From positions 16,886,936 through 16,950,935 of the forward strand of contig CM119265.1 in the NCBI GenBank assembly GCA_051294375.1: DNA of 64,000 nt, written 5' to 3'. Positions 14,069 to 25,628 of this stretch are shown piece by piece (the first letter of the stretch is position 1; each line of letters opens with the position of its first letter). The notes below the pieces were generated by a model. That model was given only the letters and a program-made list of their open reading frames with translations. It was not told where the DNA came from and ran no database searches. A program made the translations under genes and the position numbers. This DNA is from Paraspadella gotoi (Eukaryota > Animalia > Chaetognatha).

Positions 14069-15026
14069 TTTCTTATGGGGGGGNNNNNNNNNNNNNNNNN
14101 NNNNNNNNAAAAAAGAGAGAGATGAGACGGCCTTGACGTCGATCTGAAGCCCTTCCCGATCGTCGCCAGGGCAATCCGCGCCCAAGCATGCAGGTCTAAC
14201 GATCAAAGGTCCTGAGGGAAAAGGTGCGTGCGCCACGAAATGGAGCGAAAGACGGTTCTGGAACGTGAAGCAGCTCTAGCAAAGAGGCTGGAGCTTAGCT
14301 CTGGAGCTGGGAGTCGTCTTCTCATTATAGTACGTAAAACCCGAGTGGCGTAATAAAGTATTATTGTGAAATACTAATGAAAATTATATAAGCAAAAATG
14401 CCTTAAAGTGTGAATCGTCATTAATTCCTTTTACTGTTGCACTAACTAATGAATTTCCTTATTAGCTTTTTTTTCAATTATTATAAATAAAACTCGTCTA
14501 TGTTTAATTCAGTGGCTTTAATTTTTTCTCCGCATTCTTACATCAAATTCGTATTTCTCGTCTCGTAATCATATTTCCAATCCGTTCAACGAAAAGCCGA
14601 GAACAGACGAGAACCAGAGAAGGCGACCTGTTTGCTGCAACACGACCCCTCGCAAACGCCGATTGACAGCGCATGTTTGTTTTCGGAGGTTCACTGCTCA
14701 CCTCCCGCCTCGTCCGCCTCAACCTCCTGCACCGTTCCTTTCACTTCCTCGTCAGAACGCAGCTGGCGGTCTTTTCGTCTGGAAGGATTGAAAATGGGGG
14801 GGGGATTGAAATACAGTGGGGGGGAGAAGGGGGTAGAAGGGAAGCGGAATTAAGGGTGGAGGGGAAAGCGGTGAAAGGGAACTGCGGGGATGGGAAGTGG
14901 GCGACTGAGAGAATGACTGAGGTGGAGAAGGCGTATTGTCAGTCTTCATCTAAGATAGGGGGACAATGGGACCATAAAAGAAGGAAAGGGCGAATAAAGC
15001 ATGTGGACAGGAAAACGCGGTACGGA

Positions 15027-15071
15027 AGAAAAGAAAGAAAGAAGAAAGAAAAAAAGAAAGAAAGAAAGAAA

Positions 15072-15110
<39 letters not shown>

Positions 15111-15155
15111 TAAAAAACAAAAAAGAATAGAGAAAGAAAGAAAGAAAGAAAGAAA
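15027..15155. repeat. (GAAA)n microsatellite
   Basis: Imperfect GAAA tandem run seen directly. Confidence 0.9.
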
Positions 15156-15210
15156 AAAAAAAGTGAGTAAAGGCGAATTTCAAAGATTGAAAGAGATTCT
15201 GTCGTGAGGA

Positions 15211-15274
15211 TGAATTGAGAGTGGAATGAATTGAGAGTGGAATGAATTGAGAGTGGAATGAATTGAGAGTGGAA
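15211..15274. repeat. 16-bp minisatellite, 4 perfect copies of TGAATTGAGAGTGGAA
   Basis: Units start at 15211, 15227, 15243 and 15259 with no spacers. Confidence 0.95.
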
Positions 15275-15443
15275 CCCAAATCCTTCACCGAGGACAAGGA
15301 AAGAGGATCGAGAGGAAATAAACCTCTGGTGNNNNNNNNNNGTCGTCTACTTCTTCTTTTCAACGTTATTCCCACTTTCGCCCATTATAGTTTTTTCGCA
15401 GAGTTTTTATTGACAGCCNNNNNNNNNNNNNNNNNNNNNNNNN

Positions 15444-16199
15444 TTATACGGTTTTAAGAACTCGTACCCAGGCTTACGGCATGGCTGTGCCGACCCAAAC
15501 GGCCACCCAACCTGACCGAGTCTCAATACGAAATCGAAAGACACTCCAAAAGCTTCAAAAGATGAAATAGGTCACCGAGAGCATCGCCGAAAAAGGGAAT
15601 AAACATGGACGTTCGGACAGAGGACGGAAAATCGCCAAATGCTCCGCACTGGAGGATCGTGGAACGAATGGTCAAAGAAACGAAGAAGCCATCTCACAGC
15701 AGCTTTTGCCGCAAGAAACTAACGTCGAACGTTGCGACCCTCGTTGAGCCGAAGTGCAGGTATATTGATAGCAGACGTCCGAATAACTCGAATCATCAGA
15801 GTCTTAAAAAGCGAAATAGCAGATCCCAATGAACATTTATATCCTTATCTTTACTCGTCCAACGTCATTAACCATATACCTTACGCAAGCATCAGAAGGG
15901 GACTGTATGAAGCCTCTTGGAGACAAGTGGGAGATCGCCGACGCTTTCTGGAAAAGAGGTTAACTGAGTATTTAATATCACTCCAGGAAAACGCACGAAG
16001 TGGAGACGCGACGGAGAAGTTGAAGGAAGGGCAAGTCGTCCTCTCTCTCGAGCCAAAGCACACGTTGTATCAATGGAGAATCGGACGAGTGATCGAACTG
16101 AGGGGACGGACCGAACCAAGAGAGAAGCAGCTCGTTCGCCTGCGCCGAACGGAAAGACGTTTCGTCGCCATCACAACGCGTTGGTCCCAGTTGGAATAA
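15444..16199 (+). pseudogene. pol: BEL/Pao LTR retrotransposon pol 3' end: integrase core C-terminal part plus DUF5641-like domain (frameshifted)
   Basis: Across frames: SPNAPH-GGSWERMVKETKK (Pao PxAPxxGGxWERxV motif), ATLV..EV..ILNSRP, then EYLISLQ...LKEGQVVL...WRIGRVIEL (DUF5641 pattern); stop at 16199. The 5' part is lost in the gap. Confidence 0.85.
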
Positions 16200-16344
16200 C
16201 CAATGAGGAAAAACTTGTTAATGAAAACTTCAAACAGCGAAAAATCAATTAAATTTGGACGAAATCTATTGAATAATATTGTTGAACCGACACCATTTGT
16301 TTAAGATAAATGTTATAATTTAACAAGATATAGCTTAATTCGCC

Positions 16345-18290
16345 ATGAACGACGAACCGCAGATCACCAGTGAACAAACGACATCAACGAAAGTGGAAGA
16401 ACTGAAGAAATGGAGAAAAGTAAACGAGAAAAAGGAAAATCTACGAACTAATTCTCAGAGAGAAAAAAGCTGAACAAAGATAGAAAAGAAAGAAGTGAAA
16501 TAAAAGATCGAGAAGAGGCCGGAGAACAAAAAAAAGCGAAATTGGAAAGAACCTTGAAAGAACTGAACCAAGATCAACGACGCTCATCATGGCCAATCAA
16601 TCCAATCCAGAAAAGCGGAAGATCTTCGGGAAATGAGGCACGAACATGAAAAAGACTCGAAAACGGGTACAGAAAAGATAAACTCCTTGTAGAAAAAATT
16701 GTGTGAATTTCGCGTGGATATAAAAACGAAATATTTAAATTTAGCCAAAAGCGAAAGCTAAGTTAAAAAATTAATTGAAGTTACAGATGGATCTAGCCGA
16801 AGGATTTCAAACAAACAAACTGAATTGATGCAAAAATGGAGCAAGGGACAAGAAATTTGTTTGGGGGGACAAAAAACGGAGAGCACACAGAATCGATCAA
16901 GTTAACGCCGAGAAACTCAACTACTGGAAGTCGAACTAGAGAAGAAGAGAAAAGACGAGCGGAAGAAGGAAAAGGAAAGAAACGATCCTGAGACAGCACC
17001 TGAGAATGGCCGAAGGACAAAGAAAGAAAGGTCTGCTGAAAAAGGAAAGCGGAGGGACAGAAATATACGACAAGAGAAAAAGTATGTCATTTCAAAAATT
17101 TACATCGAATCCTGGCGAGAACAGAAAAAGAAATGAACAAATGTAGACAAAAAAATCAAAAGACTCGAAAGTGAAATAAGAATCCAAATCACTAAGAAAT
17201 AAGAAAAAACAATGTGAGAAAATAAAATATTTTTCGATTGTTAAATTATTTCAGAGAAAAAGTAGCTGATTTCCGCAGAGAGCAATGGAGTGGTGCTGAA
17301 AGGTCGACAGGCACGGGCCCCAATCAGTGAAGACGCATGAGATGTTTCGCATCCTACGCCAAACTTCCACCAAGAGCAAAATCGAAAAGTACGGTCAAGG
17401 ACCAAGAAAAGAAAAAGAAGCTAGAAGCGGACTTCGAAAAACAGAAAGATTACTACGAACGATGGATTCGAAGTCAGATAATAATCAAGAAAAAATTTTC
17501 TCTGACTTTCAAAAAGAAAATGAGAAGTCATACGAAGGGAAAGAAATACCAGAATAGACCGGACACTTATTGAGAAAACCCATGTAACAGTCAAAAAAAC
17601 TTGTACGTCGAAAGTTGTGTTTTTACTGTTAAATTATAGAAAAAAATGTACTCGAACAAAATATGAACAAAAATAAAACTTACGATGCGAGATCGAAGGA
17701 TTTCGCCAAAACAAGAAAAGAAGTCGAGCCATCGGAGGACGCACCGACAGCCTAGAAGACGCAATTAGAGAGAGGAATGGCAAATCAAGATGAAATGAGT
17801 CGAATATACATACAAACTATATAGCAATGGGCTCACCTCTTGACGAAGAAATTCGAGAACGATATCGCTGAGGATAATTTCTGGAGCTGAAGGCGGACGT
17901 TGTAGAAGCGGAAGGCAAAATATTCTCAAAAACAACGAAAGACAATTATCGACGCATAAAAAATATTGAAAAAAGCTATTACGAACAAAAATTAACTGAA
18001 AAAAAAAAAAACAAAAAAAAAAAAAAAAAAAAATTGTATTGAACCGTTCACGATAGAAATGACAAATACAACCATCGTTTAAAGTATACTGAGCAAAGAA
18101 TAGCAGTGACGAACTCTGAGATCCAGAAAGAACAAGAAATCAATAATTCGAAAATTTACGAGAAAGCTAAAGAAGCTGAAACGAGGACTCGGAGCGACGA
18201 GAAAAAGAGCTTTTCCAAGAAATGCGGACCATGACGAACGAGAAACTAAAAAGCAAAAGGACACCGCTATATCGGATAAAAGTTTTTTTT
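16345..18290 (+). CDS. ORF-A: putative large Lys/Glu-rich coiled-coil protein, broken by many frameshifts (identical copy at +9429)
   Basis: gccATG at 16345 (MNDEPQITSEQ...KVEELKK); segments such as KKAKLERTLKELNQDQ and KKKLEADFEKQKDYYERWIRSQ in shifting frames. The end is approximate and introns cannot be excluded. Confidence 0.4.
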
Positions 18291-18389
18291 TTACCTATAT
18301 ACGTCAATGTTAGCTTGATTGTGTCGATAACTCGTGACATATAGATTATCGATAAATCCAATCCAGAGAAAGCTTACCCTTCTTACAAC

Positions 18390-18983
18390 ATGTCGACAAC
18401 CATCGAAATCCGGGTCAACGCGGCCCGTCGACGGAGCCCACCGTCACCATCTCCGTCGCGCCGAGAACGCCGCCACCACCATCACGCGGCGCCCGCCCCA
18501 ACGTCAACGCGGCCGCCCGCCGCCAACGTCAAAACGCGGCGCCCCCGGCCAACGTCAACGCGGCGCCGCGCCACGTCAACGCGGCGCCCGCCGCCTCGGC
18601 AACGCGGCTTCCCGCTGCAACGCTGCGTTCAGCAGCCCGGTCCCGGTCGCCACGCACAAACGCGGCCACTGCCGCGAATGCTGCACCGCAGCATCAACGC
18701 CCCGTTCGCCACGGCCACGGAGGGGACGTCGCCGCCCCCGCCACCAGACGCCGCGCCCAATACCGGAACGGACGGGACCATCCCCGTCTCATCGTTCGAT
18801 TCACTACGACGACGACAGACGACGACGAAGAACGACGACGAAAGAGGATGCGCGGAGCGCCCAAGGTCGCCCGACGAGCTGGAGGCCCACGACAGCGAGG
18901 AGGAGGAGTTGACTAACCTCCCGGACCACCGACTCTCAGCCGTATCCGAGAGGACTACGAAGAAAGCTTCGGACGAGGCCTGA
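18390..18983 (+). CDS. ORF-B: putative protein with (AAPAANVN)-type repeats, a C2H2-like zinc finger and an acidic tail (copy at 27819-28412)
   Basis: ATG 18390 MSTTIEIRVN; ~24-bp repeat array at 18484-18607; RCNAAFSSPVPVATHKRGH in an alternative frame; DELEAHDSEEEELT near the end. Confidence 0.4.
   Translation: MSTTIEIRVNAARRRSPPSPSPSRRERRHHHHAAPAPTSTRPPAANVKTRRPRPTSTRRRATSTRRPPPRQRGFPLQRCVQQPGPGRHAQTRPLPRMLHRSINAPFATATEGTSPPPPPDAAPNTGTDGTIPVSSFDSLRRRQTTTKNDDERGCAERPRSPDELEAHDSEEEELTNLPDHRLSAVSERTTKKASDEA
18484..18607 (+). repeat. ~24-bp GC-rich tandem repeat, about 5 imperfect copies (gccaacgtcaacgcggcgcccgcc)
   Basis: aacgtcaacgcggcgcc recurs with a period of about 24 nt. Confidence 0.8.
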
Positions 18984-19181
18984 TCCCGACCGCCTTTGGG
19001 CAGACATTTCCGCCGATCGAAGAGGCGAGGGAGAAAATAGAGAGACGAGGAGACGACGAACATTGTTTTATTATTATTATCATTCGTTTCGTTTTTTTTT
19101 TTGTATATACTCCTCTCGTCCTTTAAACATTTTAGCATATTCGTATTCAATTCGCTCACTTACCAAAAACATTAAAAACAT

Positions 19182-19645
19182 ATGCGAAACGAAGAACCAG
19201 TCGAGAAGTCCGACAAAGGAGGAGACAGAAGACATGCGCCAATGAGAGAAGAAGCGGAGATAGGACGACCATGCAGCCCATATTGAATGAAGGTCCAGTC
19301 ATTTACGTGCAACAATTAAGGTCCGAGGAAAGCAGGAATCGTCAAGGGTTGGCGCCTATTACGGCGACGGTAGCTGGCGAAAATCAGGAAGTCGCGGACA
19401 GATTGGAGAGGATGCGAACGCACGGATTGGGGAGCGCAGTTATTCGACAACTCGAGGCCGAAGTGAAAGAAAGGAAGCGGCATAGGGAGGAGGAGAAAAC
19501 GCTTTCGACAGGACTTGACACTTGTTTACGGAAAAATAAAGAAGAAATCATTCAGTTTAAATTGCGTATACAATTGTCATCAAATAAATTGACTATTCAC
19601 GAATTGATTTATCGTATGTATTTTAATCTTCCTACAGGGACATAA
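19182..19645 (+). CDS. ORF-C: unknown protein (includes track ORF 19271-19645; copy at +9429)
   Basis: Complex, charged helical-looking translation (EVADRLERMRTHGLGSAVIRQLEAEVKERKR) flanked by AT-rich spacers; no family recognised. Confidence 0.3.
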
Positions 19646-19712
19646 ATTAAAATCAAAATGCCGACTGAATAACATTCAAATAGTTAACTAACCCTCAAAG
19701 CAAAATAAAAAA

Positions 19713-20990
19713 ATGGAGACGTCAATCGGGCTCAACCCAACGACTACAGCTACTGGATGGCGACGAAGGTAGCGATGGTGGGAACCCGACAGAAAGAAGA
19801 GAAAGAACAATTTACGGCGCCGCTTTCCATCGCACGAACTTGGCGAAACAGCTTGGAGACGATTCGCGTGAAGCTCGACGTCAGTAAATTGACGAGATCT
19901 TCGTTGCCGTACGCCGCCGAACAAATGTGAACCGAACCGGAAAGATGGGATTTACGGCACAGTTTTAAAACGACGTGTAGCGCCACCTCACCGTCGAGCC
20001 GCTAAACGACTTCAGCGTGCCGCATCGGTCGTCGGATCGTAGCGACGAAAAATATTCATGCCATTTCGTGGCGCGAAAGGAAAAGAAGACCTATGATCTA
20101 CAGAGATCAAAAAGGGATGAGACGCGCAGCCAGAACCACGAGCGGACGATAGACTTCGAGGTAACCTCATCGAGATGATCCAGAGTCGGCGCCGATAAAG
20201 AATTACTAGAGAAAAAAGCGAGAATGTGTTAGGGCCGACGGTGAACGAAAACAGCGCCGACGACTGTCAACTAACGACAAAGAAAAAGCCAACGTCCATG
20301 CCGCAACAACGACGACAACGACGCTCAACGACGTCGACACGGATTGTAGTATTCGACGACGCAAATTCGGTCGGTAAATACGCGAGAGACGAAAACTAGC
20401 AACGACGCGACAAACGGAGGAATGCTTGATTAAAGAAATGAATGAAAGACAACGCACAGGCGCCAAGAAGACGGCAAACGCGTCGACGCAGATCGAAGGT
20501 AGACGGGAGAGAATGGAGATGATGGAAGTTGATGAAAGAGGAAGACACAAGAAATAACGAAAGGGGGAGTGCGAGAAAGGCGGAACTGAGGAACAGATCG
20601 AGGAATTGAAAGAAAATTTAAAGAAAGATAACAGAAAAAGAATCGAATGCAGACAAGCGGAAATAGTGAGGACGGAGCGGAGAAAAAACGAGCAATACGG
20701 AGATGCTTTGCGCCAAGCCTCGGGAAACTTCAGGACAGATAGAGGAACTTTTCATGCCCTACCCGAGAACGCCGTCACAGAGAGAAAGCCCACTACTGTT
20801 CAACGTTTTCGACCACCGCCAGGAAAAGAGTCGCTGACGAAATCGCCGCCACGCACAAAAACGCGCCGTTCAAAGAAGCAGAAAAATACCGTGGCTGCAA
20901 ACCAGTAGCATCTCCGCGCCTCGCCGCCTTCACCGCCACCACCGCCGCCAGACGGAAAAATATCCCAAGTTTGGCCAAAACTCAACTCGA
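19713..20990 (+). CDS. ORF-D: unknown, frameshifted, with a charged/coiled C-terminal half (copy at +9429)
   Basis: aaaATGG at 19713; NDYSYWMATKVAMVG...LETIRVKLDVSKL in a shifted frame; EEQIEELKENLKKDNRKRIE around 20590. May be more than one ORF. Confidence 0.3.
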
Positions 20991-21290
20991 AAAAGAAGAT
21001 ATAGATTCAAAAACGAACATTTGAAACCAATTACAATGAATAAAAACTCTGTAAAAGAAAACGTGTCGCTTCATGTTATGTTATTATTAATTGACGAGGG
21101 CCACGGTTGAGCGTGACGAGCCGAAACGTTCGACGGTGCGAATCGGATGATTGGATTGCATTGTTTATTGAAATGCTGGCATTTGTCATTAATTGCGATC
21201 AATTTACTTTAAAACAGTGACTGAAAAAACAAACAAAAAATAATTTTTAGTGCAAAAAAGGGGGAGGAATTGCCCGATAAAGGAACTTAA

Positions 21291-22112
21291 ATGGTCGGTT
21301 TCGAACTGCACACAAGCACCGTTATGCACACCAACACGCACACAGACATGGTTTCCAGCCAAGCTCGACACCGAAGGCCGCAAAGAGACGATGTCAAAGA
21401 CCGAAAGAGATGACGAAAGACTCAACGCGTGATATGCCGATGCCACAAGACCCGAATCGGCGATACTCACGAAAGGCCTTCACACAAAGACGTCTCGGCG
21501 GAAGTCCCAGCGTCGTCAGGAGACGATGCCGGGCTGCCGCCGCGAAGGACGAGACGCTCGAATGTGATCCGAAGGGGATACGCAGAGTGCCGATCCAAGA
21601 AAACGGACATCACGACATTGTGCACGAGGGCGCGTCAAGGTGACGAAGCCGAGCGACCCGTCAACGGGATGCGAAAGGACGGCGACGGCCGAAGAGGACA
21701 ACGCGAGCCGACGCGTCTTACCTGCGCAACAGGCACGACGTGGAGACCTGAACGCTGACGCGAAGGGGAAGTGAACGAGGATCGAAAAAGCAGATCGGCG
21801 GACGGGAATGACCGGAAACGGGGAGGGAGACGCGGATTTGTCCACCTGGTCGTTCATGAACAGACAATCGCAGACTTTACAATTGCCGACGGCGAACGAG
21901 CTGGCTCCCGGTGTGTGTCTATTCGGTCGTTATGTCGAAGGGTCGACCGGGGGAGTGTTGCCGAATAGTCGCTAATCGTTGTACGTGACGCGTTTTGTAC
22001 TTAGTTACCATGTTAACACGCGTATCTAGGCAGTTAGAATTGGCGAGTAGACTTTTAGAAGAGAAGCGCGGAGCCGGCGGGATTAATTTTCAACAAAATA
22101 GCGGTTTCATGA
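21291..22112 (+). CDS. ORF-E: unknown ~270 aa protein, frameshifted (identical copy 30720-31541)
   Basis: Starts MVGFEL and ends NKIAVS-stop at 22110-22112; the independent inverted copy (36476-37283) shows the same start and end with different frameshifts. Confidence 0.4.
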
Positions 22113-22452
22113 AAACGTCATTGCTCACTTGCCAGATTAGTAAGTATTTAATTGAATGAAGATTAAATAATTAGTCATTTATTGACATCAATTGACACTG
22201 TTAAAGGTTTTGAAACACTTCACAATACATTTATATCTTCTGACACTGGCATTGACTTATTGACAGACAGTAAAATCAGGTCTCAAAAAGTAGCGTTTAT
22301 TTACGTTGTATATATATTTTATATATAGTTATTAGTCATAAAGTATAAAAAAATTATTGATAAGAAATTACTGCCCAGCGGAAACACATTTGTTATTGAA
22401 TCCTTCCTACGCCCTACAAGTTCTAAATATTACCCTTTCATCCTTACTTTCT

Positions 22453-22491
<39 letters not shown>

Positions 22492-22698
22492 TTCTCTCAC
22501 CATCCCTTACTTAACCCCCCACCCTTGTTTCGTTGCCTCCAGTTTTTCTCGACCGAAAGCCAAATAAAGAACATGTCAAAGTGAAACTTTCGCTCTCTCG
22601 ATTTAAAGGAGTTCACGACAAGAAAAAGAGAGATGAGAAGGGGTAATCCGCGGAAGGTTTACAGAGTTTATTCTCTCTCTCTCTCACCTCTCGCTCTC

Positions 22699-22737
<39 letters not shown>

Positions 22738-23248
22738 AACTACTAAGAAAATAGAATAAATTTGAAAATGCAGAGAAAATCCGGCAACGAAAAAACAAAA
22801 AAAAAAAAAAGAAAGAAAGGAAAGAAAGAAGTATATTGTGGCGTGGCGACATTGCGCTGGCCATATTCGTATCAAAGAGTCGACTAGTCCTCTCTCTCTC
22901 TCTTCTTTCTCTCTCTCTCTCTCACTGTAAAGTAAAAAAACGGTGAATATCGGAAAGCCTCTGAGAGGGAAAGAAGAGAGAGAAAGAGAGAGAGAGAGAG
23001 AGAGGAAGAGAGAGAGAGAGAGAGAGAGATTCCAATCGACGTCACAACGTCGAACGTCGTTGAGTCCCCCCCCTCTCCCCTTTTCAGTGGCTCTGTGGGA
23101 GTGAAACCCCAATTTATTTACCATCTCAGCGACATAAAAACCCGAAAAGCACTAAAGCCGCAATTACGCGAAGCGCAAAATGTTAAATGCATCATATAAG
23201 TACGAAAAGAGGATGAAGAGAGAGAGAGGACCGAGAGAGAGAGAGAAT

Positions 23249-23292
<44 letters not shown>

Positions 23293-23364
23293 GACGAGAA
23301 TATTTTCAAACGGAAATTGGTGTGCGTCTGTGTGTGTATATAGACGAGACGCCGTGTCGACTCT

Positions 23365-23408
<44 letters not shown>

Positions 23409-24003
23409 GTATGCTGTACTATCGCCTTGACACTTCCCCCCTCCACTCTCCGACACCGCTCCTCCCCCTTATCCGTCTTCGCTCGCGTTCACTTTGCGTT
23501 ATAAAACACGTATTTATTGCGAGCAAAACCAAATAGGAGTCCCTGACATCAGAAATAGGACAGAAGAAAAACGTAGGGAAGGCGGGCGGTAGAAGGCGTG
23601 AAAATTTTTTTAAAAGGGGGGGGGGGGGGCCCCCGTGTGCGAGAGAGAAAGAATGAAGGTAGGGAATGTAAAAGGCGGATATTAAGGCATACACGACGAC
23701 TACTTGGGTTTTTAATCTGCAAGACGCGAAGAAAATATTTTTCCTACTTTTGTCCATTTTCCCCGCCTTTCTCTCGCTCTCATCTCTCCCGGAGATCCCA
23801 CTTTTTCTCTCCCTCTCCTCTTTTGCATTGGGAGTCTGCAGTTTTACTACCAAAGGCTCATAAAAAGCGGAGACATGCAATACTAAGTACATAGACAAGA
23901 CCGCGGCTGCCGCTCCTGCGGCGCTGACGCCGCTGCGATACTTGAACAGGACCCATTCGTCGCTTCATTGGAGAGATAGCGGAGATGAGAGAAGAGAGAG
24001 ATG

Positions 24004-24053
<50 letters not shown>

Positions 24054-24872
24054 GGAGTTGCATTTTTTCAACTAATACAACAAATCGTAAAATATGATTT
24101 ACGGAGGAGATATACGCGGAAATTAATTTCATCTAAAGAATCGGGGAAAAATAGAAAGCGCCAATGAGCCGTCGGCGTCGTTATTGTTTTTAAATCTCAT
24201 CTGCATATCGCAGTCTTTACCACTTCTCAGTTTTTTTTATTTTTGCTGAACAATGCGCGCAGAGACAAGGAGCCAAATTTTGTCTTCGATTTTAATTTGT
24301 GCTTTCGTACGTAAACGTAAACGAAGAAATATTATTAAACGTATTTATGCTATGTACTAATAAATAGCCCAATTAGTATTTTCAAGCGACTTTATATGCT
24401 TAATGCTCGTTTATTACATAAAACTAAAGAAAAAGCAAAAAATTCGTGCTTTTTTTGTTTTTGCTTTCTTTCCTTTCTTTCGTATATAGTTGGAAGTGAG
24501 TTTTATAGGCGGAGCGGCGTGACCTCAGATTGCAGATTTTTAAAAAAAATTTTAAAAGATTTTTTTTCCCTCTTAATATTTTTATTCCGCCTTTCTATTC
24601 TTTGCAAAAGAATAAGAAAAAAATTTGACAATCTGGGCGATTAATACTTTTATTTTTTGCCGTAAGAATGTTAGTTGACAATGATCGGTTTGCACAACTA
24701 TTACATTCGGCAATAATTTCATACCTCAAAACGTAACTGTCAATTAAACAAATTTCACGATTATTGCATTTCTGCTTCGCCAGTTTTCCTAACAATCAAC
24801 TCAAAAATAACATAACTTGAAGAAGATATCTCACCCCGAGGACTGAANNNNNNNNNNNNNNNNNNNNNNNNN

Positions 24873-25628
24873 TTATACGGTTTTAAGAACTCGTACCCAG
24901 GCTTACGGCATGGCTGTGCCGACCCAAACGGCCACCCAACCTGACCGAGTCTCAATACGAAATCGAAAGACACTCCAAAAGCTTCAAAAGATGAAATAGG
25001 TCACCGAGAGCATCGCCGAAAAAGGGAATAAACATGGACGTTCGGACAGAGGACGGAAAATCGCCAAATGCTCCGCACTGGAGGATCGTGGAACGAATGG
25101 TCAAAGAAACGAAGAAGCCATCTCACAGCAGCTTTTGCCGCAAGAAACTAACGTCGAACGTTGCGACCCTCGTTGAGCCGAAGTGCAGGTATATTGATAG
25201 CAGACGTCCGAATAACTCGAATCATCAGAGTCTTAAAAAGCGAAATAGCAGATCCCAATGAACATTTATATCCTTATCTTTACTCGTCCAACGTCATTAA
25301 CCATATACCTTACGCAAGCATCAGAAGGGGACTGTATGAAGCCTCTTGGAGACAAGTGGGAGATCGCCGACGCTTTCTGGAAAAGAGGTTAACTGAGTAT
25401 TTAATATCACTCCAGGAAAACGCACGAAGTGGAGACGCGACGGAGAAGTTGAAGGAAGGGCAAGTCGTCCTCTCTCTCGAGCCAAAGCACACGTTGTATC
25501 AATGGAGAATCGGACGAGTGATCGAACTGAGGGGACGGACCGAACCAAGAGAGAAGCAGCTCGTTCGCCTGCGCCGAACGGAAAGACGTTTCGTCGCCAT
25601 CACAACGCGTTGGTCCCAGTTGGAATAA
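24873..25628 (+). pseudogene. pol: BEL/Pao integrase C-terminal/DUF5641-like fragment, second identical copy
   Basis: Same sequence as 15444-16199. Confidence 0.85.

Larger units (their letters stand above)
15444..22400 (+). mobile_element. Putative BEL/Pao element 3' half with an extended multi-ORF region downstream of pol
   Basis: No PPT/LTR after the pol stop; A-rich, microsatellite-free, coding-like sequence continues on the same strand until CT repeats resume at ~22450. The 3' boundary is inferred. Confidence 0.45.

Noticed and set aside
15211-15274. Short direct repeats suggestive of a CRISPR array
   Set aside because: Head-to-tail 16-mers with no spacers, no cas genes, and a eukaryotic context.
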